Numbered from the stretch's first letter, positions 44,228 through 57,506 are shown. The stretch: DNA of 64,000 bases from Eledone cirrhosa (GCA_964016885.1 OZ024756.1:28954001-29018000), one strand, 5' to 3'. Translations and numbers: made by a program. Notes: a model not told the origin generated them from the letters alone.

Positions 44228-44448
44228 GTAGGAGGTGAGTTTTATTGTAGTACAATAAAGCAATGCTTTATTGTAGCATTATTTATTTATGTTGATTTAA
44301 AACTGAACTATCCACAAGTGTTTTTTAACCTTCATATCATGTCTTCCTGTTTTATCTGATGAAAACACAAATATTATTGCATGATGATATTTGTTTTTGA
44401 AATGCGCATAATAAAATACATGGAACTCTTTTAACCATCTTTTGTTCT

Positions 44449-44450
<2 letters not shown>
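44051..44450. mobile_element. Double fold-back element
   Basis: Outer arms 44051-44104 and 44397-44450; inner hairpin 44142-44266 around a (TA)n run. Confidence 0.8.
44349..44417 (+). ncRNA. Type-I hammerhead ribozyme (canonical core)
   Basis: gttttat-CTGATGA-aaacacaaatatta..tgatatttgttttt-GAAA-tgcgca-TA-ataaaat. Confidence 0.85.
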
Positions 44451-44494
<44 letters not shown>

Positions 44495-44563
44495 TATGAA
44501 GAGAGAAGAAACATTTAGATATAATTAGTAATAAAATGTATCATACCTAAACTGCTCCTAAAT

Positions 44564-44653
44564 TCCTCGACTACGTAGTTTCGTGGCATAAACAAAAACA
44601 ATATATCGTAAAGACATAGAGTCCCTGCGAGGTCTGCCGACTTATCAAGAGGA
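44564..44653 (-). ncRNA. Hammerhead, U3-A8 core (family U, element 44494-45030)
   Basis: Same motif as 14978-15065 with the core conserved. Confidence 0.75.
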
Positions 44654-45216
44654 TACCTCATTTTACTAGTCTCAAGAACGCGTCTACACGACGTGAGAAA
44701 GAATCCCAAAAGGCGGAGGGGGAGATAGACACGCGATATAACGGTCGAGAAACAGAGCTAAGCCTCTTATAACCACGAAGAAAATACCACGGAGGCGGAG
44801 GGGGTATTCATATCGAGGCCGTAGAAGAGGTGGTGAAGAAGGCGAGAAGTATGAGTAATGGAAGCTTTCCAGTTGTCCCCACACTTCAAAGATTGCTCGA
44901 CCAGAGGGAGTTATTAACAATATATTTAGAAACACAGTTGTCCCCACACTTCAAAGATTGCTCGACCAGAGGGAGTTATTAACAATATATTTAGAAACAC
45001 ACACTGTGTGTTTCTAAATATATTATTATATATATATATATATATATATATAGTGAAAGATTGAAGAATAACATGGTCGGCTGTACAAAAAGGTTTTATT
45101 TCTAGTATTAACAATTGTTTCATTGATCAGGTGAGTCAAATACGGAGTATTAGACTCACCTTATACGGAGTACTCACAACCTCTAAATGGATTACCTATA
45201 ACGATAACTTGTTACC

Positions 45217-45260
<44 letters not shown>

Positions 45261-45264
<4 letters not shown>

Positions 45265-45456
45265 GAATTGGATTCGCAATCGTAAGGTTGTGAGTTCGAT
45301 TCCTGGACCAGGCGATGCGTTATGTCCTTGAGCAAGACACTTTATTTCACGTTGCTCCTTCTACCTGGAGTTGCGACCGATAGATAGTATTAGCAATTAG
45401 AAAGACCAACGGAAACATTGTTCCCTCGGTCCGATTTGACGAAAGTCGATCGTTCC

Positions 45457-45458
<2 letters not shown>
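45261..45458 (+). mobile_element. SINE family B
   Basis: Matches the 12961 copy. Confidence 0.8.
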
Positions 45459-45547
<89 letters not shown>

Positions 45548-45657
45548 AATATGTGTCTGTATATGTATGTATATATATGTGTGTGTGTGTGTGTGTAATA
45601 TGTGTCTGTTACTTGTATGTATATATATACATACATATATATATATACACTCGCACA

Positions 45658-45706
<49 letters not shown>

Positions 45707-45829
45707 GATAACAAGTTATATATGTTGTTGTTGTTGTTGTTGTTTCTTTCGGTGAGAAGAGCAAGTAATGACGTTTAAGAGTTGTTTTACAAAATAGATG
45801 AGATGGTGATAGTAAAGGGAACTGATAAA

Positions 45830-46338
45830 TACTACTGCTACTACTACTGCTGCTGCTGCTGCTACTACTGCTACTACTACTACTACTGCTGCTACTGCTA
45901 GTACTACTACTGCTGCTCTTGCTGCTGCTATTACTACTACTACTACTACTGTTGCTGCTGCTACTACTACTACTACTGCTGCTACTACTACTACTACTGC
46001 TGCTACTACTACTACTACTACTGCTGCTGCTGCTACTACTGCTACTACCACCACCACCACCACTTATACTATTACTACCACCACTACTACTACCACCACC
46101 ACCACCACCGCTACTACTACTACTACTACTACTAATACTACTACTACCACCACTACTACCACTACAATAACAACAGCAGCAACAACAACAGCAACAATAA
46201 CAACAACAACAATAACAACAACAACAATAACTATCTCTTCAACAACAGCTACAACAACAATAACAGCCACTACAACAACAACAATAGCAACAACAAGAAC
46301 AACAACAACATCAGCAACAACATCAGCAACAACAACGG
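45830..46338. repeat. Compound trinucleotide repeat (ACT/GCT/ACC/ACA)
   Basis: Direct inspection. Confidence 0.9.
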
Positions 46339-46339
46339 T

Positions 46340-46655
46340 AATAATTGTTTCTACTTTTGACACAAGACCAGCAATTATCCCAGTGTATTACTGGTACTTT
46401 ATTTTATCGACCCCGTAAGGATGAAGGGCAAAGTTGACCTCGGCGGGATTTGAACTCAGACCGTAAAGGGGCGTAACTCTAAGCTACAAAGCATGGCGTC
46501 CGACTCTCTACTGATACTACCAATCCTTTCTGATTTAGGCACAATTTGGGGGGGACGGGGAAAGTCGATTAAATCGACCCCAGTCCATTACTGGTACTTT
46601 ATTTTATCGACCCAGTAAAGATGAAAGGCAAAGCTGACCTCGGCGGGATTTGAAT
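46340..46655 (-). mobile_element. SINE family A, one near-full copy plus one partial copy
   Basis: Central domain present twice. Confidence 0.8.
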
Positions 46656-46800
46656 AGTAATAATGATGATGACGATGATAATGACGATGATGGTGCTGAT
46701 AATGATGACGAAGATGATGATGATGTTAACTAATCACTTTAAATCACCACGATGTGATCACGTGATGTCTCACTCGCTTTACTTTCTACCTCACTCTCTG

Positions 46801-46855
<55 letters not shown>

Positions 46856-47084
46856 AGTGTATGTGTATGAGTGTATGTATATACACACGCGCACGCACAC
46901 GCACACGCACACACACACACACACATACACACACATACACACACACACACACACACAGTTACACACACACATATATATATATATATATGCAGGTATATAT
47001 TTATATATGTAAATAAGTATGTATGTTTATATGAAAGTATGTAAGTAATATATATATGTATGTATATAAAGAAAGAAGAGTAAC

Positions 47085-47660
47085 ATGGTAGGCTGTACAA
47101 TAGCTAGACAACCATAGCCTGCGAATCGGCGTTTCCCTGAGGCTCGGCCTCCGGATCTGCCAGCCACACCAATGTCGCTGCGGTTCCACCGTGGACTCTT
47201 TCGGCCTCCACCCGCTTTCCTTTCGCCACAGTGCCGGCTGCATTCCACGCCATACTGCCCTCAACGAGGTCATTAAGCGTGGCTTGGACGCTGCAGGCTT
47301 CCCTTCCCAGCTTGAGCCGGTGGGGCTGAATCGAGAGGACGGCAAAAGGCCAGATGGCATGACGATCTTCCCGTTTCGCGGTGGCAAACCCCTCGTCTTG
47401 GATGCCACTTGCACCGACACTTTCTGCAGCCGCAACCTGGTGCAGTCTGCGACTGACCCAGGTTCTGCTGCACGTCGGGCTGAGGGGGCCAAACTCCTCA
47501 AATACCGGTCGCTCTCCGACAGGTTTGCGGTCGTTCTCCTGGCAGTGGAAACTTCTGGTGTCCTCGGCCCCAGGGCTACCTCCTTACTCACCACCATAGG
47601 CGCTGAGCTGGCCAGCCGTAGGTGTGAGCCCCGCGAGTTGGAGTGGCTTTTCCAGAACAT
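47085..47660 (+). mobile_element. CRE-clade LINE fragment (zinc-knuckle region and restriction-like endonuclease)
   Basis: CRCG..H..RH..LN..EP.GL.R.DGKRPDG.T..D.TC.DT..AE..K..KY..AVET.G..G motif series. Confidence 0.85.
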
Positions 47661-48149
47661 ATATAATCAAGGTTTAGCAAATAAGAAAAAGTTTCAAAAT
47701 AAATTTCAACAAATTCACTGTACTCACTATGGTTACCTTTACCGAATCGGTTTCGAGTCTCAAAAATAAATGGACAGTCTTTGCGGCCTTCTATTGAAAA
47801 GATAAACTCTCGTCAGAAGGTTCTTTTCACTCGGAGAATATAAAATTCCCGAGTTCAAATTACGAACTGGCGCTATTCAAAATTGTTCCCGAGATAAGAA
47901 TGAATGATGTGCAAGCAATTCTGTCCAGTGCCGTGTGTAAAGATAGAAGCAGAGGCAAGGGAGGTCAGTCTACTACCACTATAAATAGCAGCAGTCAAAA
48001 CGGACGAGAGTTTATCTTTACAATGAAAGGCCGCAAGGACTGTCCATTTATTTTTGAGACTCGGAACCGATTCGGTAAAGGTAACCATAGTGAGTACAGT
48101 GAATTTTTTGAAATTTATTTTGAAACTTTTTCTTATTTGCTAAACCTTG

Positions 48150-48153
<4 letters not shown>
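47661..48153. mobile_element. Fold-back element with about 150-bp arms
   Basis: 47661-47814 is the inverse of 48003-48153. Confidence 0.85.
47735..47821 (-). ncRNA. Type-I hammerhead ribozyme (canonical core)
   Basis: Minus strand: acctt-CTGACGA-gagt..actc-GAAA-ccgattcgg-TA-aaggt. Confidence 0.85.
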
Positions 48154-48200
<47 letters not shown>

Positions 48201-48331
48201 GTGAGGTTTTTTTTACAAAATGAAAAATAGCCGAGGTGCCCTACACGAGTGAAAGTATAAAGAAAAAGAGATGAAATCGAAAATGCAACTGGAGTCTTAT
48301 TTTTTTTTTAAATATACATATTTATTTGGTT

Positions 48332-48369
48332 CCTTTACCGGTTTCGCAGTTCTTCTGCTTTTCAAAAGG
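48332..48369 (-). ncRNA. Type-I hammerhead, U3-A8 core (element starting at 48195)
   Basis: Minus strand: cctt-TTGAAAA-gcag/ctgc-GAAA-ccgg-TA-aagg, then aataaa. Confidence 0.75.
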
Positions 48370-48707
48370 TGAGTTGAGATGGAGGGTCTGTGGTTTTACT
48401 CACATCTGGTTGGTCTCTGAATGTTACTTGTTTTATATGGAAAAAGTGGCTCGAAATGCCAGGTTTTTCGAGAAGTAATTTGATTGGTTTGTCAATAATT
48501 ATAATAAATTTCGCGCCAGTTCGCGTTACAATAGTCTTCAAATAAGAGGGGGGGGGTGGGGGGGTTGTCACAGGTTGTTTTTTCATATATGAGTGTTTGA
48601 ATTTCTTTTTACTTGAAAAAAGGGGCTCACGAAGGCTTTTTTTTGGTTGGTTATAAATGAAATTATGGCTGTCACGCGAACAAGTTTTCCTTAAATTTTC
48701 GTGCCCT

Positions 48708-48745
<38 letters not shown>

Positions 48746-48749
48746 ATAT

Positions 48750-48921
48750 AACTGTTTCTACTTTTGGCACAAGACCAGCAATTACCCAGTGTATTACTGG
48801 TACTTTATTTTATCAACCCCATAAGGAGGAAAGGCAAAGTTAACCTCGGCGGGATTTGAACTCAGAATGTCAAGGGCCGTAACTCTATACGTCAAAGCAT
48901 GCCGTCCGACCCTCTACCGAT
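48750..48921 (-). mobile_element. SINE family A
   Basis: Reverse complement of the family consensus. Confidence 0.85.
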
Positions 48922-48941
48922 ATATATAACCATGTCCATTA

Positions 48942-48979
48942 CGAGCTGAGGATCCGCTAAGGTGAAACAATTGTTCTCG
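48942..48979 (+). ncRNA. Minimal type-I hammerhead ribozyme
   Basis: cgag-CTGAGGA-tccgctaaggt-GAAA-caattg-TT-ctcg. Confidence 0.7.
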
Positions 48980-49075
48980 GTATGGTGAACTAACTGTTGT
49001 GTAACCACATCTACCTAACTCGTCCCATGGACTGAGTGCTCTACCACTACGGATATTACCTTCCAGTGTTCTACC

Positions 49076-49170
<95 letters not shown>

Positions 49171-49711
49171 CCACTCTGTGTGTCGCTTACTATCTCTCTC
49201 TCTCTCTCTGCATTCTTTTATATATATATATACATGTTAGAATTTAGTCTACGACTTCTGCTTACCATTTACGTGGTTTTGTCTTTGCGTGCTATTGTTC
49301 TCCACGCTCCACATATGACTTATTATCTTCGTTTTTTCGTTCATTGCCAGAGAACGTCTCTATGCACCACCTAAGAGAACATTAGTCTACGACCTCTTTT
49401 ATACCATAAACGTGGTTCTGTCTTTGCGCGTAATTGTTTTTCGCCGCTCCTATTAATGACGTATTATTCGTTTTTTCCCCGTTCTTTGCCAGAGAACGTT
49501 TCCACGAACCAAAGTATCGTCTTCCTGTCTTCCTCCGGTTGCAACGTTTTTTGAAATATCCAGTTCTGCGTTTACAGATTGACTTTGTTAGTTTCAGAAG
49601 ATCCCGTTAAGGGTGAAAGCAGCGATTCTTTGCTTAAACTTTAATCTGTTATTTTAATAAATATATATATATGTATATATATATGTATGTACATACATAT
49701 ATATATATATG

Positions 49712-49928
49712 AATGTGTTGGTGTAAATGGTATCACAGTGGTCCGGATAACCAAAGATGTGGGTTCGACTCCCATGTACGTCAATACTCATCTTTTTCCA
49801 TTTCTTCGAGGGTTCTTAACCCCACTATCAGGCTAAATAATTTCTTCAATTTCTTTAGTCAAAATACGGCGATAACTTACATTTCTAATAATTTCAAACC
49901 CACTCGCTGTTTCGAAAAATATTCTTAC
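49712..49928 (+). mobile_element. tRNA-headed SINE-like element inside (TA)n
   Basis: A box tggtgtaaatgg and B box ggttcgactcc; no complete cloverleaf. Confidence 0.45.
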
Positions 49929-49977
49929 ATATATATATATATATAAGTATGTATCTATGTTTGTATATATATGTATG

Positions 49978-50037
<60 letters not shown>

Positions 50038-50463
50038 GAGAGAGAAAGAGAAAGAAAGAGAGAGACGCACAGATAAAGAGCGTGAGAGGGAAGGTGAGAA
50101 ACAGAAAAAAGTGGCGATATATAGAGAGAATGAGTAACAGAGAGGGGGGGGGGGATATGGATCCAGTAATAAACTGATACTTTATTTATCGACCTCAAAA
50201 GGTAAATTCGACCTTTACGACCGTGTGTCTAACACGCTAACCACAAAGCCATATGTCTTCACCGAGACATATTAAAAGATATAGACAAATGAATACACAT
50301 TATCAGGCGATCTACCGACAGTAGCACCTGCTTGGAATTATATATATATATATTTATATATATTTATACATACGTATTAATGTATGTTATATATAAGTGT
50401 ATTTGTATATATATATATTTGTGTGATTTGTATATATATATATATATATATTGAAATTTCCGT

Positions 50464-50531
<68 letters not shown>

Positions 50532-50643
50532 ATTTGTATATATATATATGTGTGTGTGTATTTGTGTATTTGTATATATATATATATGTGTGTGTATTTG
50601 TATATATATTTTGGATTTTAGTCTTCAAATTTATTATTATTAC

Positions 50644-50674
<31 letters not shown>

Positions 50675-50677
50675 ATT

Positions 50678-50732
<55 letters not shown>

Positions 50733-50735
50733 ATT

Positions 50736-50789
<54 letters not shown>

Positions 50790-50843
50790 TGTGTATTTGT
50801 ATATATATATATTTATATATATATATATGTGTGTGTGTATTTG

Positions 50844-50876
<33 letters not shown>

Positions 50877-51054
50877 ATTTGTGTATATATATATATATAT
50901 GCGTGTGTGTATATATGTGTATGTATATGTATATATATTTATGTGTGTGGAGGGGGGGGGGTATCTGAATAGCCTGTCTAGACTGCATAGAAACAATGTG
51001 CTGACTAGTTTGAGTTTATGACATTGTCACACTTTCTGCAGCCTCTGCCAGCCG

Positions 51055-51890
51055 CCAACACCACTACACCACCACCACTACACAACCACCACTACACCAT
51101 CACCACTACACCACCACCACGACACCACCATCACCTACACCACCACTACACAACCACCACTACACCATCACCACTACACCACCACCACGACACCACCATC
51201 ACCTACACCACCACTACACAACCACCACTACACCATCACCACTACACCACCACCACTACACCATCACCTGCACCACCACCACTACACCATCACCTACACC
51301 ACCACTACACCATCACCTCCACCACCATTACACCACCACCACTACACCACCACCACCACCACCACCACCACCACCACCACTACACTACCACCACTACACA
51401 ACGACCACCATCAGCACCACCACTGCACCACCACCTACACCACCACCACCATCACCACTACACCATCACCTACACCACCACCACCACCTCACCCTCACCT
51501 ACACCACCACTACACAACCACCACTACACCATCACCTCCACCACCTATACACCACCACCACTACACCACCACCACCACCACCACTGCTACACAACCACCA
51601 CTACACTACCACCACTACACAATGACCACCATCAGCACCACCACTGCACCACCACTACACTACCACCACCACCACCACCACCACTACATCACCTCCACAA
51701 CCACTATACAACCACCATTACATCACCACCACTATACAACCATCATTACATCACCACCACCACCACCACCACCACTACTGCCAATACCACTACACAACCA
51801 CCACCACCACCACCACCACCATCACCACCACAACCACCACTACTGCCAATACCACTACACCATCACCTCCACCACCACTACACAACCACC
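51055..51890. repeat. (ACC)n-rich low-complexity repeat
   Basis: Direct inspection. Confidence 0.9.
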
Positions 51891-52277
51891 AAGAAAAATA
51901 CAAGATGAGAATATCTATGAACCATTGCAGTGCAGTTTGCTGACCCATGACCCAAAACACATCCAGTTTCATAGCTATTATTATGGGCTTTGCAGCGTAG
52001 AGTTACTGCCCTTTGCGGTCTGAGTTAAAATCCCGCGGAGGTTAACTTTGCTTTTTATCCTTATGGGAGTCGATAAAATAGAGTACTAGTAATGTACTGG
52101 GATAATTGCTGGCCTTGTGCCAAAAGTAGAAACAATTATTATGGGCGCTACGTGTTATATACCAACTAGTCTGATCGAAAGAATAACTGAATTAAGATTT
52201 GTCAAGAAAGAAATTTGCTCGTTAATTCATAAGCTACAAATGGCCGCTATATCTGGAACTTTGTAAACCTGTAAAGC
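51890..52277 (+). mobile_element. R4/Dong LINE 3' fragment with family A SINE (51988-52142)
   Basis: Homologous to 9414-9845; target-site duplication attattatgggc. Confidence 0.75.
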
Positions 52278-52326
52278 AGAGAGAGTGGGGGGGGGGGCAA
52301 AGGGAGAGGGATACAGACAGACAGAC

Positions 52327-52417
<91 letters not shown>

Positions 52418-52430
52418 CAAGCAAAGAGAA

Positions 52431-52473
<43 letters not shown>

Positions 52474-52546
52474 CAGGCAAAGAGAAAGAGAAAGAGAGAG
52501 AGGCAGACAGGCAGACAGACATCCAGGCAAAGAGAGGGAGACAGAC

Positions 52547-52585
<39 letters not shown>

Positions 52586-52710
52586 GAGACAGACAGACAT
52601 ACAAGCAAAGAGGGAGAGAGAAAGAGAGCCAGACAGAGACACATACAGACATACAAGCAAAGTGAGAGACAGACATACAAGCAAAGAGAGTGAGAGCCAT
52701 ACAGACAGAC

Positions 52711-52765
<55 letters not shown>

Positions 52766-52865
52766 CGGCACAATCCCAAGTAGGAAGTATGTAAAACTGC
52801 CGAAGACATTCCATTCAATGAGAAACTGTTAAGTGTTAACGGAAACATGATATTTTATTGAATAA

Positions 52866-53485
52866 ATGTCTCATATTATCTGTCAGTCTGTCTGTCTGTC
52901 TGTCGGCTGTCTGTGTGTCTGTCTCATTGTATCTGTTTGTCGGACTGTCAGTATGTCTATCTGTTAGTCTGTGTCTCATTGTATCCGTCTGTCGGTCTGT
53001 CTGTCTGTCTGTTAGTCTGCGTCTCATTGTATCTGTCTGTCGGACTGTCCGTACATCTGTTAGTCTGTGTGTCAGTATGTCTGTTAGTCTGCGTCTCATT
53101 GTATCTGTCTGTCGGATTGTCCGTACATCTGTTAGTCTGTGTGTCAGTATGTCTGTTAGTCTGCGTCTCATTGTATCTGTCTGTCGGATTGTCCGTACAT
53201 CTGTTAGTCTGTGTGTCAGTATGTCTGTTAGTCTGCGTCTCATTGTATCTGTCTGTCGGACTGTCCGTACATCTGTTAGCCTGTGTGTCAGTATGTCTGT
53301 TAGTCTGCGTCTCATTGTATCTGTCTGTCGGACTGTCCGTACATCTGTTAGCCTGTGTGTCAGTATGTCTGTTAGTCTGCGTCTCATTGTATCTGTCTGT
53401 TAGTCTGTGTGTCAGTATGTCTGTTAGTCTGTGTGTCAGTATGTCTGTTAGTCTCTGTCTCATTGTATCTGTCTGTCTGTCTGCC
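52866..53485. repeat. 72-bp minisatellite built on (GTCT)n
   Basis: 24-aa period in the ORF track. Confidence 0.9.
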
Positions 53486-53599
53486 TATATGTATGTATGT
53501 ATATATGCATATCCGTTAGTCATTCTGTCTATTTCTCTGTCTGTTTATGTGTGTGAGAAATAAATTATCTTGCTCAAGGACACAACTCACACATACCAT

Positions 53600-53790
53600 T
53601 CCCTATGTACAACAACAGATATGCGGATCACAACTCTTCTTTTCGTTTCCTTCTTTACAACCAAAGTTCTGCTCGCAGGCAAATATAATTTCCATGGCCG
53701 TTTCTCTGTTTCTCTGCTCTTGTGAAACTGTATATTTTCCACATACATAACAAAAGATACCATGATGGTTTAGACAATAGCATACACTCG
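53600..53790 (-). mobile_element. Degraded DNA-transposase N-terminal zinc-binding region, Chapaev3/CMC-like
   Basis: C..H..FCYVCGKYT..FG.K.G...K...PHICC; superfamily assignment from recall. Confidence 0.5.
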
Positions 53791-53898
53791 TTAAATACAA
53801 ACTAAAACAAGACAATACAATATTGTGCTCACAAATAAGACGCACTACATTCTCTGTACACACAAACTGCACGGCCAACTTAACCCAATTCAAATATA

Positions 53899-54087
53899 CA
53901 CGGGTAGGCTGAGAAATTCATATGTTGACTACGAAGAGTGATGTGAACCTTTCATGCATTAATTTCAACTCTTCTTATTAATAACTAAATTGCTTCTTTC
54001 CAGGGACTTTGTTGAAAAATAAACCCCATTTAATCATTCCATGAGAGTATCTTGGTCAACCTATAAACTTTTCAGCTAACCTCGTAT
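53899..54087. mobile_element. Mariner-type MITE
   Basis: Imperfect TIRs cgggtaggctgagaaattcatatgttgac / gtcaacctataaacttttcagctaacctcg. Confidence 0.6.
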
Positions 54088-54109
54088 TAATGACTTTTTT
54101 TTTTTTGCA

Positions 54110-54470
54110 TAAGCCCAAGATGAGTAAGTAGCTGGTACTACATCCTATAGACGCTGGACGGATGAAAAAGTGAACTAACCCCAATATGTAGCTGGTACTA
54201 CATTCTATAGACCCTGGACGGATGAAAAGTAAACTAAGCCCAGTATGTGGCTGGTACTGTATTTTACGGACCCTAGAAGGATGTAAAGCTAATTTGACCC
54301 CAGCACTTAACTGGTACTTTATTATATGGACCCTAGACGGATGGAATCCTAAATTCACCACAGTACTTAATTGGTATTTTATTTTAAAACTCCTGGGAGG
54401 ATAAAATGCTAAATTAACCTCGGTGGGATTTGAATTCTGAATGTAAAGAGTCTTAATAAATACCACAAAG
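54110..54470 (-). repeat. Diverged tandem array (about 60-bp unit) derived from the SINE A central domain
   Basis: Repeated ctggtac...gaccc..gacggatgaaaa, continuing into a SINE head. Confidence 0.7.
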
Positions 54471-54545
54471 GGATGGAAAGGGCAATAAGTAAACTAAATC
54501 TTGATAAGGCTTCTGGTAAAAAAGGGAATCGGTATTAGGGTATTA

Positions 54546-55325
54546 GGCGGCGGGTTGGCAGAATCGTTAGAACGTCGTTTAGAATACTTTGTAGTATTCG
54601 TTTCTGCTCTCTTCTCTCTGAGTTCAAATCCCGCCGAGGTCAACTTTGCCTTTCATCCATCCGAGGTCAACTTTGCCTTTCATCCATCCGAGGTCAACTT
54701 TGCCTTTCATCCATCCGAGGTCAACTTTGCCTTTCATCCATCCGAGGTCAACTTTGCCTTTCATCCATCCGAGGTCAACTTTGCCTTTCATCCATCCGAG
54801 GTCAACTTTGCCTTTCATCCATTTGAGGTCAACTTTGCCTTTCATCCATTCGAGGTCAACTTTGCCTTTCATCCATTCGAGGTCAACTTTGCCTTTCATC
54901 CATTCGAGGTCAACTTTGCCTTTCATCCATCCGAGGTCAACTTTGCCTTTCATCCATCCGAGGTCAACTTTGCCTTTCATCCATCCGAGGTCAACTTTGC
55001 CTTTCATCCATCCGAGGTCAACTTTGCCTTTCATCCATTTGAGGTCAACTTTGCCTTTCATCCATTCGAGGTCAACTTTGCCTTTCATCCATTCGAGGTC
55101 AACTTTGCCTTTCATCCATTCGAGGTCAACTTTGCCTTTCATCCATTCGAGATCAACTTTGCCTTTCATCCATTCGAGGTCAACTTTGCCTTTCATCCAT
55201 CCGAGGTCAACTTTGCCTTTCATCCATTCGAGGTCAACTTTGCCTTTCATCCATCCGAGGTCAACTTTGCCTTTCAGCCATTCGTGCTCGTTAAAAAAAA
55301 AGTACCAGTCAAATACTGGAGTAGA
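54546..55325 (+). repeat. SINE A with an internal 27-bp minisatellite (about 24 copies)
   Basis: Unit gaggtcaactttgcctttcatccatyc at 54636-55285, between SINE head and gtaccagt. Confidence 0.9.
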
Positions 55326-55960
55326 TTCTTCCTCTATATCTCTTCCTCACTTCCTTTCTCTCTCTCTCTCTCTCTCTCTCCTTCTCTGGAAGAAATCTGC
55401 TATTTTCAGAACTGAAGAGGAAATGGGAGCCGCCGCCAAGTTTTAAAAATGCCCTAGAAACGCCGTATGTCGTATGTCAATGAGGTGCCCTTACGACCCC
55501 CTCTGGAGTTATGGGACCATACGTACTTACTCAGGGCGATTTGAACTCAGAGAGTAGAGAGTCGGAACGAATACTGCAAATCATTCTATCCGACGTTCTA
55601 ACAAATCTGCCAATTCGGCACCTATTTCTTCAAGACTACATTTATCTTAATAGGCATAGATTCCTTCACTTTACTGATTGTAGAAATACATCGAGTTTGA
55701 GAACTGGTGGCATAATTTTACTCACTTGATTTGTGATCATTTTACACTTGTTAACTTAATTTTTCTTAAGAAAGGAAGTAGTTTCGAGGAGGTTTTACTG
55801 CTATTTCTAGCATAGTAAGTAAGTTACCACTTGGTAGAGGTTATCACGTTCTCTTCCAGTTAGTCAGAAAAGCTTAGATATAGATTGGGAGTAGACATGA
55901 GAGGAAATATCTAAGTGTTTCCGTAATATATATATATATGTGGATATCAAACAATGGTTC

Positions 55961-56581
55961 ATTATTTTTGTTACATGGGCGGTGGATTGGCAGTATCGGT
56001 AGAGGGTCGGACGCCATGCTTTGACGCATAGAGTTACGGCCCTTGCCATTCTGAGTTCAAATCCCGCCGAGGTTAACTTTGCCTTTCATCCTTAAGGGGT
56101 CGATAAAATAAAGTACCAGTAATACACTGGGTAATTGCTGGCCTTATGCCAAAAGTAGAAACAATTATTTTTGTTACATGGGCGGTGGATTGGCAGTATC
56201 AGTAGAGGGTCGGACGCCATGCTTTCCAGCATAGTTACGTCCCTTTACGATCTGAGTTCAAATCCCGCCGAGGTTGACTTTGCCTTTCATCCTTAAGGGG
56301 TCGATAAAATAAAGTACCAGTAATGCACTGGGTAATTGCTGGCCTTGTGCCAAAAGTAGAAACAATTATTTTTGTTACATGGGCGGTGGATTGGCAGTAT
56401 CAGTAGAGGGTCGGACGCCATGCTTTCCAGCATAGTTACGTCCCTTTACGATCTGAGTTCAAATCCCGCCGAGGTTGACTTTGCCTTTCATCCTTACGGG
56501 GTCGATAAAATAAAGTACCAGTAATACACTGGGTAATTGCTGGCCTTGTGCCAAAAGTAGAAACAATTATTTTTGTTACAT
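55961..56581 (+). mobile_element. Three tandem SINE A copies separated by a 16-bp target repeat
   Basis: attatttttgttacat at 55961, 56164, 56365 and 56566. Confidence 0.9.
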
Positions 56582-56824
56582 ACATACATCCATACATACA
56601 AGCATACATACATACATACATGTGTACACATAGACATCTATGTGTGTTTGTGTGTGCTTGTATATATATATATGTATGTATATATATATATATATATATA
56701 TATCACCATCATTATCATCATCAACATTAACACCCTCATCCTTGTCCTCCTCCGCATCATCATCGTTGTCTTGGTCAACGGTACTTGATTGATCTGTATA
56801 TGTAAATTCCAAATATATATATTT

Positions 56825-57180
56825 TTTAAATTGGTAAAATTTTTGATGAAATGTTTGTGAAAAATTTTTGGTCAAATTTTTTGGTCAAAATTTTGGTAAA
56901 ATATTTTGGTAAAATTTTTAGTGAAATTTTTTAGTAAAATATTTTGGTAAAATTTTTAGTGAAATTTTTTAGTAAAATATTTTGGTAAAATTTTTTTGGT
57001 AAAATTTTTTGGTAAAATATTTTGGTAAAATTTTTAGTGAAATTTTTTAGTAAAATCTTTTGGTAAAATTTTTTTGGTAAAATTTTTTGGTGAAATTTTT
57101 TATGAAACATTTTTGGGAAAATTTTTGGAAAAACTTTATTGAAAGATTTTAATGAAAATTTTTAATGGAATTTAATGAAA
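56825..57180. repeat. AT-rich short tandem repeat (aaaattttttggt-like)
   Basis: Direct inspection. Confidence 0.8.
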
Positions 57181-57392
57181 GGCGTTGCCTGGAAACGTTC
57201 TGTTTAGACTTTGTCTTACATCTTTGGTAAACTAATATTTTTTATTTTTACCATATTCCGTCGTATTTTGTGTGTGTTTGTGTTTGTGTTTGTGTGTGTG
57301 TATGTATATGTATGGGTGTTTATATATGTGTGTGTATATGTGTATGTTTTTGCATATACATATAAATATATATATACACACATACTTATATG

Positions 57393-57423
<31 letters not shown>

Positions 57424-57432
57424 GTATATATA

Positions 57433-57506
<74 letters not shown>

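Noticed and set aside
54501-55446. EVNFAFHPS repeat protein
   Set aside because: The 27-bp SINE-derived minisatellite is open in frames on both strands.
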